A model generated the notes under the pieces. That model was given only the letters and a program-made list of their open reading frames with translations, was not told the origin of the DNA and ran no database searches. DNA of 64,000 bases, from assembly GCF_009914755.1 (NCBI RefSeq), contig NC_060926.1; one strand, written 5' to 3'. The position numbers and the translations under genes were made by a program. Positions 27,406-42,740 of the stretch are shown piece by piece; the first letter of the stretch is position 1; each line of letters starts with the position of its first letter. The stretch comes from the human T2T-CHM13v2.0 reference genome, Homo sapiens.

Positions 27406-29559
27406 CTCATAGTCATATTTAGAACAGAGGGCATATCAATATGAGTCTTAACAATTTAAATAGAATTTACCAAATTTCATCTGAATCCTAATTTTAAAAA
27501 TCCAAAATCACCAAAATGTTAAGTTTAATTAGAGTGTGAAAATAGTTCCTCCATAGTTATGCAATGTCACTCCTGACAAACTTTGTAGAGCTGCCGTCTG
27601 AAGTCAGTCACTGCTACTTTAAACTTCCGTGCATTAAAAACAGAATCAGAGATGCATCTCCATTTCTTGTGTATTATACACCCACATGTTCTTCTGGAAA
27701 CTCTGCCTGCAGTTCTGACAGTCTGTCAACACAAGCCATCAAGTTTAGCTCCTTATAGTTTCCTGGATATCAAGCACATGTAAGTAGAAATTACATATTT
27801 GAGTTGCCTTTTCAAATGTGTTGCAAAGAATAGTCAGTCTTCAGGTTTGTGATTTAAGTGTTTGATTGCATTGCAGACCTCCTTGCCTGGCTTTCTGGAT
27901 GGTAACTTTTGTGGCATTAAGCCAAACTGTGAGGCCAGGTATAGCCTCATTCTCAAACACATCTCTTTCTCCTCCAAAGCATTTGAAACTTTGTCAATGT
28001 AGAATCATTCCTTTGGTTCCTAAAATAAGCCCTTTCGTTCTTCCAGAGTCTGTTGTTAAAAAAAATTAGTATTTTGCATTGTTATACAGATTTACAAATT
28101 ATACATCACTTTCACATATTTTTTTCAGTTGAAACTCACCAAATAGATTTTCTTCATAATAAGTGGCATACCACTTATTATACAAGAGGATGTGGTTGAA
28201 ACAGTCTGCCCCAGGAACAACCAATAAGAAGGTATACTCTAGAAAATTTAAAAACAATGACTTTAAAAACAATGACAAAACCATTCAACATTAACTTGCT
28301 TTTTATTTTTGTTATGTTATAGCAATTCTAAACAGTATTCGTGATAAAATATTCCTGTCCAAGAAACCTTTATTTATTTGTTTATTTTTGGTGGCTGCGC
28401 TTGCTGTTGTGCTGTGATAACATATATGTAAGCTTCGGATGAGTATATTTTATATTTTAAGCACTACTTTTTTTACATGGGAGTTAGTTTGGATAATTCT
28501 GAGTTATACTGTTGATTTGTAAACTATGTGTTTATTTCAAGAGTACGTTTAAGTTCTTAATATTTTGGAATTGTTCAAGTTCTGTTTGGATGCAGTTCAT
28601 GTCTCCACAACTAATGGTACTATATATTCCTATATTTAGACAGTAAATTGGAAGTGGAAAAATGATAGTACAGGGATTTTAAAGGAGAAAAAACAGAACT
28701 TGAATCGTTTCAATACTTTCACTGTATGTGACCACTTGAATTTTGTGTTTCAAATTTGAAATAGTGACACAGTGTGTGAGTTGCAACAAATAATATTTCA
28801 TTTGGTAAGAGAACATTTAAAAATGATTATACGTGCAATATAATTGTTTAGTCCAGAGGGGTGCCTATTACAATGGTTAAACTAAGTTTGCCCCTCTTCA
28901 GGAGAATAATATTTCGGGGTAATTCTTTCCCAAAATATTAGTGAAAATTGTTTGCTAGTTCACTCAGCACATAGTTCTTTAGGAATGAGGTAACACACAA
29001 GAAGCAGAGAGCAAGATACCAAAAGGGAATGTGTGTATGTGTGTACATGTTGCATATGGGTGCATGGTGTTTATGTGATCTTGAGATAAATGTAGCCTAT
29101 TCCACACTTTGGCCCTGATAAACATAATCCCCATTTTGGAAACAGAAAATTAAGATAAGATTGGCTAACAAGACTTTTCTGAGAATATTTATCTCAGCAA
29201 TACAGCAGTAAAGGGCAGTCTTCTACTAGCCTGTCACGTTTGCTGAAGTTTATCAAAAGTGAGTAGAAAGCACCTAATTCTATTTGATCCTCCTATGTGA
29301 TGAAATTGAGTGGTGACCAGGATTTTTGGTGAACTGATACATTTTTGGCATTTATTTGTTAGATTGTGATTTGGCTCAGTAACTTGAATAAATTTTGTAC
29401 TATAAAATGTAGTACTAACTAAAAAACTAAAAAGCCACCTTTCCCATATGCCTGTAGGACATACTGACAAGCTAGTTTTCATAAACTTTCCAAATTAAAA
29501 TCATAATGAATAAAATTATAAATCAAAGTAGGGAAATATAGACTGATGAGCGTAAATGA

Positions 29560-29770
29560 GCAACAGCAAGGCTCTGCCATTTACTTGCCCTGTGACCTTG
29601 GAGAATTTACTTCAATTTTCCATTCCTGATTCATTAATAAGATGAGGATCATAAAAACATGTACCTCATTGTTTTTTGTTTTAAGGAATAAATTTTACAC
29701 ATAGATGATAGATAAGTGGATATGTTGGTTCTTAGTACAGTGTAAGGGCTTAATATTAGCTACTTATTAT
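29560..29770 (+). mobile_element. MIR
   Basis: GGCTCTGCCATTTACTTGCCCTGTGACCTTGGAGAATTTACTT. Confidence 0.7.
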
Positions 29771-30100
29771 AAACAATATTATGGTGAAATTTATCTTAAA
29801 TTCAAGGCCAAAAGTCTCTATATAAAAATTATGCAAAGATCCATATTTATAGAATAATGGAATAAGGAAGTGGGGTATTCCCATATGGATCCAACTTTGC
29901 AAAGTTCTTTTTTTTAATCAAAATATTTTATGTTAAGAGACCTTTCAAAAAGACCCTCCATGTTAGACATCCCAACAGTACCTTGGACCTTTTTGGGGGG
30001 ATCTTTTTTGTATTTTTTTTCTTCTTAAATCAACTAAAAAATTTTGATGCTAAAAGCCGGGAAATATTTTCCAATGAAAATTTAGTCCAAAAAGAAAAAA

Positions 30101-30102
<2 letters not shown>

Positions 30103-30143
<41 letters not shown>

Positions 30144-30291
30144 CGTGTGTGTATATATATATGTATTTATATACATATGTGTGTATATATGTATATATAA
30201 TACATATATTTATATACCTATGTGTGTATATATGTATATATAATATATTTACATATCACATATTTTTTATATATAATATAATGCATATATA
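30103..30291. repeat. (CA)n followed by compound (TG/TA)n microsatellite
   Basis: Visible directly. Includes a 43-bp tandem duplication at about 30164-30249. Confidence 0.95.
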
Positions 30292-31419
30292 TTTTATCCT
30301 CGTGACAGGTGAGGAAGGGCAAGATGCTGCCAGGAATTCAGGAGGTATTTGGTTTTCTTGTTACATAGTAAGGAGAATGGTTTTGCTGAAGACAGGGACA
30401 CATTACATTATTCAAATGTAATCAACACCCAACTTGTATCCATTTGCAATGATAGCAATTAACTAATCTTGCTAGTGAGAATTTCAGTGTAGCTGGTTAT
30501 GAATATAACATATCTATGCAATAATCATCAAAGTATTATAGGTAGTATTATGCTCATCATAAAATTTATTTTGAAATTTTAACACTATGACTTGCATTTT
30601 TCATTCCTATGGCCTAAGGGAATAGTAAGGTTTGCTATCATAGCATTTCTGATGCTGATGCTCTTCTGTTTAGCCATAACTACAGCTCAAGAGAGAGAGA
30701 CAGATGGGACACGTAGAAATAATGGAGGTGCCAAGAGAGTCAGGCTTCAGTAGTTAGTTACCATACAGAAATGGCCATCTCCAGTCCCTTCTTCCCCAAT
30801 ATCAGCCATGGGGACTTGACCCCCGCTGGGATCAAGGGGCCTAAAGACAGCCTTGTTTCCTGCCTGCCCTCCTTAGAATGGCAACAACAACAACAAAAAA
30901 AGAGTAGCGATTGGGATGCCATAAAATGAGCAAATGGCAGCAAGGCTATATTAAGGACATATTCAATGCAAAGCACCCCATGTTTGTCACGGCTCTTGTT
31001 TATTAACACCACCCAGGGAATTGAGGGAATAGAGGTGGGAAAAGGAAATTTAGGATGTGATATAGGGAAGGCAGCATTCCTTCTTATCTCTCTTTGCTTA
31101 GGCTGTTCTACTGAATCATCAGCTCTGTACCCTCAGTCAGCCACTTCGAGTATTTCAGTGCCATATGAGAAATCTAACAGCATACACTACATATTCATAT
31201 CTAGAGAATCGTAAATGTGTTTATGTAGCTGCAGACTAGCATGGAGGAGAAATCTGTTCTCTATTTTTTGTTCCATTTTTCCTAATTGGATTGGTTCTGC
31301 TTGGACAAGTTGTTTGTGGAGTTAGTCAATAAATGTATTGATGAAAAACAAAATATAGGTTCCCACTTTTAGTTTTTAGAATCCATGAGAATAGAGTCCT
31401 TTTTGGCTGACATCAGTAC

Positions 31420-31640
31420 TAATAATAGCTATGATTTGTTGATAGCTTATTGTGTGTCAACCACTATGTTCCACTAGTATGAACACATTTAGTTCTTATG
31501 AAACAGTGCCACTTGTATCCCACAGATGTGGAAATTGGGGTATAGAACACTTATACTACCTGCCCAGAATCACATAACTAGTGAGTAGTGGGTCCAGGGA
31601 TCAGACAATTTGATGTCAGGGTCTTATGCCATACTGCTGC
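31420..31640 (-). mobile_element. MIR
   Basis: AATAATAGCT...CCCACAGATGTGGAAATTGGGG...CCTGCCCAGAATCACATAACTAGTGAGTAG. Confidence 0.6.
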
Positions 31641-32012
31641 ATCTGAACAGCTGTGATCATGCAGCTAAACGGGACCTTGCAGAAAGCACCCCAGCACCCC
31701 AAAGGCTAGTCTAACTTTCTTACCAATGTACCTGGGTCCCCTTGTCACTGTAATGTTCTTCAGATCCCACCTTTAGTCATGCATTCAACAATATTTACTG
31801 AGCACCAACTTACTGTCTAGACACAGGAGATCTACTGGACAGCAATTCTGATTCAACCCATACTGGGTCTAGGACTAGACACAATCTCACTGGTCCTATG
31901 ATACTAAAAACCTAGTTATCTGGCATATTGAAGGGGCCTCAAGCCCAGTCATGAGGGAGACCGGAAGGCATCTCAGGGAAGTTAATGACTCCTGAAAGAT
32001 GAACTGAAATTA

Positions 32013-32328
<316 letters not shown>

Positions 32329-32459
32329 AGACAGATGTGGAAAGAGTATTGCAAGAGAGGTAACAAGAACAGGCCCCTGATACCCAAAATAAGCATGGCA
32401 TGAATGGGGTACTCAAAGTCTTTCATTCTGTGGAATCGGAGATGATGACTGAGTGAGTC

Positions 32460-32789
32460 GGGGGTTGCAGTGCAAACTGTGATCTGTGGCCCAAGTCCTG
32501 ACTGCTGTCTGCTTTTGTATGGCCTGCCTTTTTACATTTTTACATGATTTTTTAAAAATAAGAAATTGAACTGTATACCATGATGTGTGAAAAATATGAG
32601 ATTCAAATTTCAGTGTTCATAAAGTTTTATTAGAACATAGCCATACCCACTTTATTTTCATGTTGTATATGGCTACTCTCATGCTACAATAGCAGAGCTA
32701 AGTAGTTGCAACAGAGACCATAGGGTCTACAAAACCTGAAAGATTTGCTGTCTGGCCTTTTACAGAAAAAAAAGTGTGCTGACTCCTGC
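32460..32789. mobile_element. MER58B hAT-Charlie MITE
   Basis: ATAAAGTTTTATTAGAACATAGCCA...GTAGTTGCAACAGAGACC...TGGCCTTTTACAGAAAA. Confidence 0.85.
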
Positions 32790-34727
32790 TGTAGAGGATG
32801 AGAGGTTGCTATAGAGTTAGATCATGAAGGACCCTATAGTTCACATTGAGAGATTTTTATTTTGATTCTGAAAGGCAATGGGGAGTAACTAAAGGGTTTT
32901 AAGTGCCTTCATATTTCTTAGGTTGGCTGTTAGTTAATTTGCCTCCTTTCATATTTTCTTGTACTAGGTTCCTGGGAACCGCTTTTACCTACAATGATTT
33001 TGTTGACTCTGAGACTGTTTCTGGAGTTTTCTAAGTCAGCAGTCATAGCATTTATAGGTTGCCCCTTTTATAATGTAGAACTTACCTAAATTGACTAGTT
33101 TCCTGTTGAAAGTGGGACTAGGATTCACTATTATCCATTTTAGACTGTCACCTTATGTTACTGCTACGAAAGTCTAAACTGTGGGCTTGATTGTGATGTT
33201 AACTTCTGGGTCCTAAAGATGTGTGTGTCCTCGCCCTCTCTGCAGCCCTTCAAACACAGGAGAGGCCAGTGGGTATTACTGGTCAAGAATATTTGTTGTT
33301 ACCCTTAGAGAAAACACTCCATGCAGAGGAAGCACTGATGAAATAAACACAGGGAAATAGAGAACAGTTGTGTCCAGACATCTAAAATCTGAAACACAGA
33401 AGAGAAATCTGGAGAGCTTGTCATAGCTCCCTAGGGGACAATTAGTCTTTCTCCAACTTAGCAGAGAGGCTTTTTTCTGCTACATTTGACAAGTGGGTGA
33501 GTTCTAATCTGCATGTTTATTTTGAAATGTTGCTTACCCAAGGATTAAACATCTGGTTGAAAAGCAGATAGGTTCAAAAATCTATTACTTGACATTAGTA
33601 GCTTAAAAGATTGTAACTTGGTTCTTAGTTGTTTTTTTTCCCCAAACTTGGAATAAGGTGATTGTAATAAGTTGAACTGATGGATCATTCAATTTCTCTT
33701 AAGTGTTAGCATTTCTGAACATTTTCTTATCGCTTACCTATATGGTAAGTGAAATCCTTTCTCCTAGTACTTATTTGCTCTGGGTCTCCATAGATAGAGA
33801 GAAAGTTAATGTGGGTGCCAATGTTCATATTTCCCCTGCATTTTTACAGTTAGAATGTTAAATTAAACTTTCCATTCTGAATTTTTATCTACTGCCTTCC
33901 AGTTAGGTACATCTGTCAATCCTGCTGTGTTAATTTTAATTTTTGTTCTTCTCAGTTATTAAAAATGGAGTAATTTTGAACTGAATTATTTGTATTTATT
34001 TGAATGTTGGCTAAGCTTTTAATTTAGAGCAAATTTTTAAATATTAGCAAAAAATTTTAAGGACTTCTACATTAAAATCTCTTATTCTGGTAACAGAAGT
34101 CAATGATTAAAACTTTTAACATGCAGTCCAGAAATATTACAGTATTTTGTATCATAGTGAATGAAAGAATATATATGTTTGCCTAGTAATAATTTCCTTT
34201 TATATTTTCATATAAATTTATATTTGAATAAACTGCAAATATAAATCACTTTAAATTTATAAGTGATAAGTTTATATCTCTTTTATCTAAATTAAAGTTA
34301 TTATTACTAGAAAGTTGGCATATATATTTAGTAGTAAAATAAATTACATTAAATATATGACATGTTTATGCACATACAGATACATACATGGAGATATATA
34401 CATTCACACATATAAATATATATTCATCATTGTATTTTTAGCCTCAAACAACTGACATATAATTTCATAAACATAAATTTTGCAAAATAAATTTGGGGAT
34501 GTGAAACCTTCACTTAGGTCAGCCTTTTAAGAGGTTTATTGCCTAGTGAATCTTGTGTATAAATTAATAACATTTTTTAAATGCCAGAGACATGTGACTT
34601 CTTTTCTTCCTTTATTGTTACTATAGCAGAGGATTCCCTTCTGTGGGTGAAAGAAAATATATTTTGACTTTACAGTCTTTTATTGTGTGATCGATGTTAA
34701 ACTTTTTTGTGCATATTTTCAACGTGA

Positions 34728-35104
<377 letters not shown>

Positions 35105-35271
35105 TAAAATCCAAGAATCATAAAAAGCAGAGAGTTTTCAGCAGTGCCCTCTCTACCCCTTTCAAGCAGAGCCCTGCACTTTGTCTACATTTCTACAATG
35201 AGTGCTATTTCATATTTCTTTAGGAAAAAGTATTCTGATGCTCGAAAGTATGGGAAACTTCTGATCTACAC

Positions 35272-35508
35272 CAGTGCTTCTCAACCTGGGGCAATTTTAA
35301 GAATCTCCTCGCCACCACTGGGGACATTTGTCAATGTCTAGTAATATTTTTGACGCTACGTCTGGGTGGGTGCTACAGGCATCTGGTGAGTCGAATCCAA
35401 GGATGCTGCTAAACATCCTACCATGCGCTGGACGGTTCCACTCCCTGCTCCCCACAAACAGAGTTATCTGACCCACAGTGTCAGTAGTGCTGAGGCTGAG
35501 AAATCCTG
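35272..35508. mobile_element. MER20 hAT-Charlie MITE
   Basis: CAGTGCTTCTCAACCTGGGGCAATTTT...GGGACATTTGTCAATGTCT...GGATGCTGCTAAACATCCTAC...GTGCTGAGGCTGAGAAATCCTG. Confidence 0.9.
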
Positions 35509-35521
35509 TTGTAGACCAAGT

Positions 35522-35870
35522 ACAGTAGTTACCCCCTTATCCCTGGTTTCACTTGTAGTGGCTTTGGTTACTTGGAGTTAACTGTGGTCCAAGAATATTA
35601 CAGTATTTTGAGGAAGAGAGAGCGAGAAAGAGAGACACCACATTTACATAATTTTTATTACAGTTTATTGTTATAATTGATCTATTTTGTTATTAGTTAT
35701 TGTTAATCTGTGACTGTGCATAATTTAGAAATTAAACTTTATCATAGGTATGTATGTATAGGAAAAAAAACAGTATACATAGGGTTCAGTATTATCCATG
35801 GTTTCAGGTGTCCACTGGGGTTCTGGAACATATGTATGTATAAACTCAGGAGTTTTTCCAAAACGACTGT
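35522..35870. mobile_element. MER44-like Tigger MITE
   Basis: TA-CAGTAGTTACCCCCTTATCC...AAACTTTATCATAGGTATGTATGTATAGGAAAAAAAACAGTATA...GGTTTCAGG. Confidence 0.8.
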
Positions 35871-36392
35871 ACTGATTTCGCTGATAGGGAAACTAGACAA
35901 TGAGGTGGAGAGATGTGTTCAAATACACAGTTTATTTTATGCTGGAGTCCAAGTCTTGATTTTCCTTACTTTATGCTGTTTGTCCTTTACTTGAGGACCT
36001 ATGTGAAATGGCAATTTGGATAGAAAAATAAAATCACCAAAATGTAAATATTAAAAAATAATACTTGGTACTGCATTGCATGGGCTTCATTGCAATAAAT
36101 ATTTCTCTACTATCTAGCACACTGCCTGTAACAGAGATTAAAAAGAGTATGCTTCTTTGCAAAGAGCTATCCAGCTGGGGAGATTAAGAGATAAATAATT
36201 ATGAATCAATAAGTAGTTAGAGAACAAGCTACAGAGAAGAGGTCATATGTAAGAAGGGACCTGAACAGTAAACTGAAGTTAGTCAGGTGGGAAAGAAGAG
36301 GGAGTGGGCATTCTTGGTAAAGATAACTGTATGCCAGAGGCATGGAAGAGCCGAAGGCCTTCGTGTGGTCTTACTAAAAATTAGCATGTGTG

Positions 36393-36899
<507 letters not shown>

Positions 36900-39699
36900 T
36901 TATGTCTCTGAAAGACCTTCAGGGAACAAAATATATTTATGAAAATGAAAGTGACTCACATGGTAGTAAGAGTCCCAGATGGCTGAGGAGGTAAAAATGA
37001 GTACAAGCAGGGACTTGAAAGTATAAGAAAATCTTGGGTGGTGGGCAGGCACCCAGGTCATAGATGCCTAATTCCTACTTTTACAGACATTGAGTGGGCA
37101 TTCTTGTGATATTTTATATTTTTGGAGCTGTGTACTTTCTTTCTTACTTTATTTCTTTGAAGTTCATTGCCCAGAGAGGAATAAGCATCTTTATCCAATA
37201 TGGTAAGGTATGCTGCTTACCTGATCTGGTCCCTCTGCCACAGAATCCTGACTACACAGAGCTTGTCAGTCAAAGGAAATTTGGTGCAAATATATATTTA
37301 ACATATGACCATGAAGGAATTCCTACTTTGTATGTTATAAAACACAGGATCAGAACTGCCATTTGCACATTTGGGGCATTTTTATGAATCATGGAAAGGA
37401 CCCCTCTGGATGACCATTGAGAAAGGCACTGCTTTCACCTGGCTCAGCAACATCTGTGCGAGGACACATGTGCTGGCTCCAGTTACTGGCTTGGTGAAAA
37501 GAAGATGGTAGGATTTCAGACCCACTGGTACCCCCTCCTACTAAATGCCTTTGTGCACACCATAAACTAACATGGTACAAAGGGACCCTGACAAGGATGA
37601 ATTGAGAGGCCATAATCCATATTGTATATGGGTAATATACACAGTGTAATTACATGTAGAGAGAGACCAGGTGTGTGTTTTTCTGAGGGCATGTCTGTGT
37701 GAGTCCCTGTGTGTACAGAACTATGTCAACTATTAACCTCTCACCCACCTCGCTAGGAAAGTGGGCAACAACCCAACAGATGTAGCTTTGGTAACTTCTT
37801 CAGTCCTAGTCTGTGTATTTCCTGCATTGGCATACTTTTTACTTTAACTAAGCCCTTTATTACTACACAGAGGAGTTCCTGTGACTTTTTCTGCAGTGGC
37901 ATCCTTTGTACAGTGTCTTTATCAATACCATTTCTAAGTTTAGCCATAGTACTTATATCTGTTTTACTCCTTCAGCACTCTCGTTAAGAAGCCCATGCTT
38001 TGTCTACACATTACTTGTCTGCACAGTTCCAGTGCACTGTCTTCCTCCCCACCACACCCATCCTGATAACATCATCCAGTGAGGTCGTGGAAATAGATAT
38101 CTTGCAGCCAACTCTTCCTTTTGACAATTCGAGAGACTTTCCAGCTTGAGTGGGCTCTGGGGATAGCTCCTTACATTGTTTCAATGACACTGAACTCTAG
38201 ATACCCTGATCCTGTGTATCTTCTCTAAACACATGTCTTTCCTCAAGCCATTTGGAGGTTTACCATGTCAATTAATATTCAACAAGGATTTGAGAGCTTA
38301 CTGTGTGCCAAGTCATTAACCAGTAAATTATTAAATTATAGACCTTTCACTTCTATAATTTTGCAGTAATAAAACATTCTAAAAATGCCCAAGTATTGTG
38401 GTAATGCCCACTGATTTTTAGTTAGATCAAGTGATTGTAGAGGAAGTTACATTATGCCATTTGATTTCTCACGGCGTGCTTATACAGTGTACTATGCTTA
38501 TTTCAGTGTTTCACTCTTGCCCCAGTAGTTCAAGTTGCCCTTCTGAAAGCTGTAATAAATATTCCTATGTTGGCTTTTATCTCTTTGATTACAGCATGTT
38601 AGTTAACACCCCCAGTAAGTAGGCGGGAACTTGTATGTGATTGTTTTCCTTTTCACCCTATTTATATTCCTTCTTCTCTTTCTGTGATGGTGAGTAGAGC
38701 TTTATTTTTGTTTTTACTTTACTTGATCTCTCAGTGTTTCATGAGATCTGTGTTCTGGTTTCTCAGTTTTCACACCCTGTTCAGCCACTTTAAATGTCTT
38801 AAATCTTTTGTCTATGCTTTCATAAATAAACATTCAAAATGGTTCAAAAATTTAAAAAACTACGAAATGCTTTAATCAGTAAACTTTCATAAAATTGTAC
38901 ATACCTTTACATACTATATTAAATTAAAATTATATTATTTAACTTGCAATTCATATACTGTAATTTTTATAAGGATAATTTAGGAGAACTCAATAAGAAA
39001 ATAAATCTTCAGAAAATTGTATCATTTTTGTAAAGAGTTACCATATACCTGTCTTTTTAATGACAATTTTTGCAAATTAATATTGATATAGTTCATCTTG
39101 ATCAAAATATATTGACATACAAGGACTATGGCTTTAGATCTGTTCTCCTTTTCTATGAGAGGTGGCAGAACAGGTTTGGAAATCATGGCAGCCTTCCTGG
39201 CCAGAGATAATAACGTACTACTTAACCTTGTACAAAATCGTCTTTTCCTTTCTCGAATTGAACAACAATTTGAGGAGAGTCCTTGATACTCTTGACCTAT
39301 TATGGTTTTACCTGTTTAATCTGAGGATTTCTATTTCAGTTAGGAGTCCAGAGTGGAATAAAATTGAAAAGTAAGATAAATGTATATCCTATACTGGTCC
39401 TTACACATTACAGCTGGGGCCTTTAATTACCATATCAGCTAATGAAGTGCCATCTATGTCTTGAATCGAGAAGGTTTTGACCCTAGGGAAGGTGACAGCT
39501 CTTACATTTAAACCTAGCACCAGCAGAGTTCTAACAGTTACTCAAAGATCATTTTCTCTGAGGATGAAGAATTTAACAAAGAAACAAGTCCTAATATCAT
39601 CTGCTTTAAAATTACTATGAAAAGAGACAGAGAGGGGAAGAAGAAAAAACAATTACTTATTTAATAAAAATATAAGGAACACTGAGTACATGAAAGATA

Positions 39700-40260
39700 T
39701 ACCAGGGACTCAGGTCAATGGGAAAGTCATTGCACTCTTCTGAGCCTCAATATTTCTGTCAGTAATATGGGGATGAGAGGCATGTCGGACAGGGTTACTG
39801 TAGGGATGAGGGGTGATATGATAAAGTACTTGGCAATCCAAAACAAAGCCAATTTTGGCTGTTATTACTCAATAATAATAAATATAGACTAAGGAGATTG
39901 CATTTTTCTTGTCAGCAGTGGGGGTCTATTGAAGGTTTTTGAGCAGGAGTGACTACTGCAGTATGCCAGACCTCAGAAACTGTGGGCATGTTTTACAGAG
40001 GGCAGAAACAATTTAGAAGACAATTGCAATATTCTCAGCAGGAAGTGGTAATGGAGAAATAGGATGGGGTAGGGTGGGGTACAGAGCGAGACCAAAACAA
40101 GGAAGAGTAAGAGAAATATCAAAGTCACAAAATCAAAGGTATTGCAGCCCCTTTTGTGAGGCCAGATGGGGAATTGGGACAATAACAGAGACATTAACAA
40201 GAACAGAAAACACTGGTCAGGAGTGGGCATTCAGGGGAGAGGAGAAAGTGGAATGAGCTC
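39700..40260. mobile_element. MIR (+, about 39700-39880) followed by L2 (-)
   Basis: CTCTTCTGAGCCTCAATATTTCTGTCAGTAATATGGGGATG, then GGGGTCTATTGAAGGTTTTTGAGCAGGAGTGAC. Confidence 0.6.
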
Positions 40261-41990
40261 TGATTTGGACATAGTAAGGTCAAGAATGGCACTGATTGGC
40301 TGCTAACACTGGACTGGTCATTTTTCCCCAGAGTAGAGCTTGGTGAGGAAAAATCCCGATACTTGTCCCTCTTGAATTCTGAAACCCGAAATGATGTTTT
40401 CTGAATCATCCTGCAGAATTGGTGGGAAGACGTTAGGCACTGTATCTTTGAGCCTGTCAGCTTCTGCCTGATTAATTCTGAGTAGTTACATTTCTTCTAA
40501 ACCATTATTAAAAAAAAAAATGGATGAGACTTCACAGTTGCCTTATCATATGAAGATGAAAAGTACATCCTTCCGTAATGTTGCTATTGCTTTTATCCAC
40601 GTTACAACTAATGATTCAATCTCACATATTTCATATTTAAAAATACTATATTTCTAATATGCTTACACTGAATTAGTGGCTCAAACCTTTATAAGAAAGT
40701 GCTTACACCTATTTTGAACTGTCTAGGAATATGCATGAAGGACAGATCTTTCTGTTTGTAGGAAGAAATGTTATATTTGTTAGTCATGACAGAGGGATTG
40801 TGAATAGAAGTGTTTCCATTTCCACCCAGTGGAGAGTGTTTCGAGTGGTGGGAGACACGTTATACCTGGTGAGAACATTGAGGTTAAACATTTTATTTTT
40901 ATTACCTCAATTCTTTTTAATAAGGATGCCACAGAGGTGTTTGCAGGGCCTGTAAATTAGTTTTGGCCACAAGCCAATCAGCTTTCAAACCTGGTGTAAG
41001 AGGAGAAAGTAGATGTGTGTATGTTTGTGTGTGTGATGTGTGTCTGTGTGTTGTGTGTGCATATGAGCTGTCTGTGAATGTACATATTCCTGCTTAGTGA
41101 TATAAACATCCTCTACTTTCAGAGAAAAGTCTAGGTAGACTTAATACCCCACATGAATATTTCCATTATTTTTTGTTTTCCTTTTCAATTTGAGCTATTG
41201 TTTATCCACAGGCTTTATGAGCTGAATGTATTTTTAGCAAAGGAATGCCTTTTTGCATGAAACACAACCATATACAGTGCTGCTAGCTGAACAAGAGGAA
41301 AAGAAATGTTGGATTATTCATAAAATGCGCTCATTTTCTCCTTTTTGTTTTAAAGGCTAGATATTGTTTCTAAAGTAGTGGTATACAAAAGTAGGCACTC
41401 CATGTACTTACTTTGGCTTTGTGTAGCTGTAAAGTGGAATGATATCTCCAGCTTAGTTTTAACTTTGTTTGAAATGAGAAAACCTATGGCAGTCTCTCAA
41501 CTGATATTATTTGATTTATTCCTTATTTTTGTCTGGTGGGAATGAGAATGGGATGAAGATAAAGTGGTTTCAAGACTATTGTTGACACTGCATTTTGCTC
41601 AATGGTGTTGCCTCATCTCTTCTGCTATTACTTTGCTTGGATTCCAGATATGCTGGAGGAGGAAAAAGTACTTGGTTTCTATGCTCTCATCTGATTAATA
41701 GCTTTTGAACTTGAACTGGCCTGATTTCTCTCTTTCTCCTCTGCCCAATCCCAGAAGGCAGAAGGGAGGAACTGAGATAAAATAGCTAAATACAAAAGAC
41801 AACCGAGTATATCGCAGGTCTTCATAACTTTCCCTAATAATGGCAATTGTTTAGTCTTTCCTATGTCATATTTTTTTCTCATTTTGTTGCAAATAAGAAT
41901 TGGAATGGGTATATACAAATAAGGTAGAAAGCAGAAAAGACCCTGACTTTTGCATAGCTCATCAGAACACTGTAGATTATTAATTAAGAA

Positions 41991-42320
41991 CAGGGATTGG
42001 AGAACTTTTTTTTCTGTAAAGGGTCAGATAGTGAATATTTTATGCTTTGTTGGCTGTATAGTTTCTGTTGTGGCTGCTCAACTCGGCTGTTGTGGGGAGC
42101 AGCTACAGACAATATGTAAACGAATAGGTGTGACTGTGTTCCCATATAACTTATTTATGGACAATTAAATTTGAATTTCATACTAGTTTCTGGTGTCATG
42201 GATCATTATTCTTTGAATTTTTTAGCCATTTAAAAAGATAGATAGCATTCTTTACTCATAAGCCAAGTTAGAAACAAGGGGTGGGCTACTTTTCACTCAG
42301 AGCTATAGTTTGCCAACTAC
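41991..42320. mobile_element. MER58B hAT-Charlie MITE, opposite orientation to the 32460 copy
   Basis: CAGGGATTGGAGAACTTTTTTTTCTGTAAAGGGTCAGATAGTGAATATTTT...ATAGTTTGCCAAC. Confidence 0.85.
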
Positions 42321-42369
42321 AGGATAAAAAGAAAGAACATTATACTGTTCATGAGGCATTGATAAAACT

Positions 42370-42740
42370 GACAATAACTGCATTTATTGAGCACTTACTA
42401 TATCTGAGGCATTGTGCTGACTACTTTATATGTCATCTTAATCAACCTGTAAAGCAATTCTGTATTAGACATTATTAGCTCGATCTTTAGTGAACTAATT
42501 GAAGCTCAGAGAAGTTGAAAAACTTTCCAAATATCACACTGTTTGGAGAGTCAAAAGATTTATGTTCAGCTCCTACCAAGCAATGCAACTCTAGAAAAAA
42601 CCCTTTGCTTCCTTGGATTTTCGTCTCTTCATCTGTAAAATGGATGTACCATTCTTACTTTCATTGCCATGCAGTTGGGCTGAGGCTTATGTAATTCTCA
42701 AAGCTCTAAACAGCTGTGCAGCTTTAGAAAATTATTATTA
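42370..42740. mobile_element. Two MIR fragments (- then +)
   Basis: CATTTATTGAGCACTTACTAT...GAAGCTCAGAGAAGTT, then CTCTTCATCTGTAAAATGG. Confidence 0.65.
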
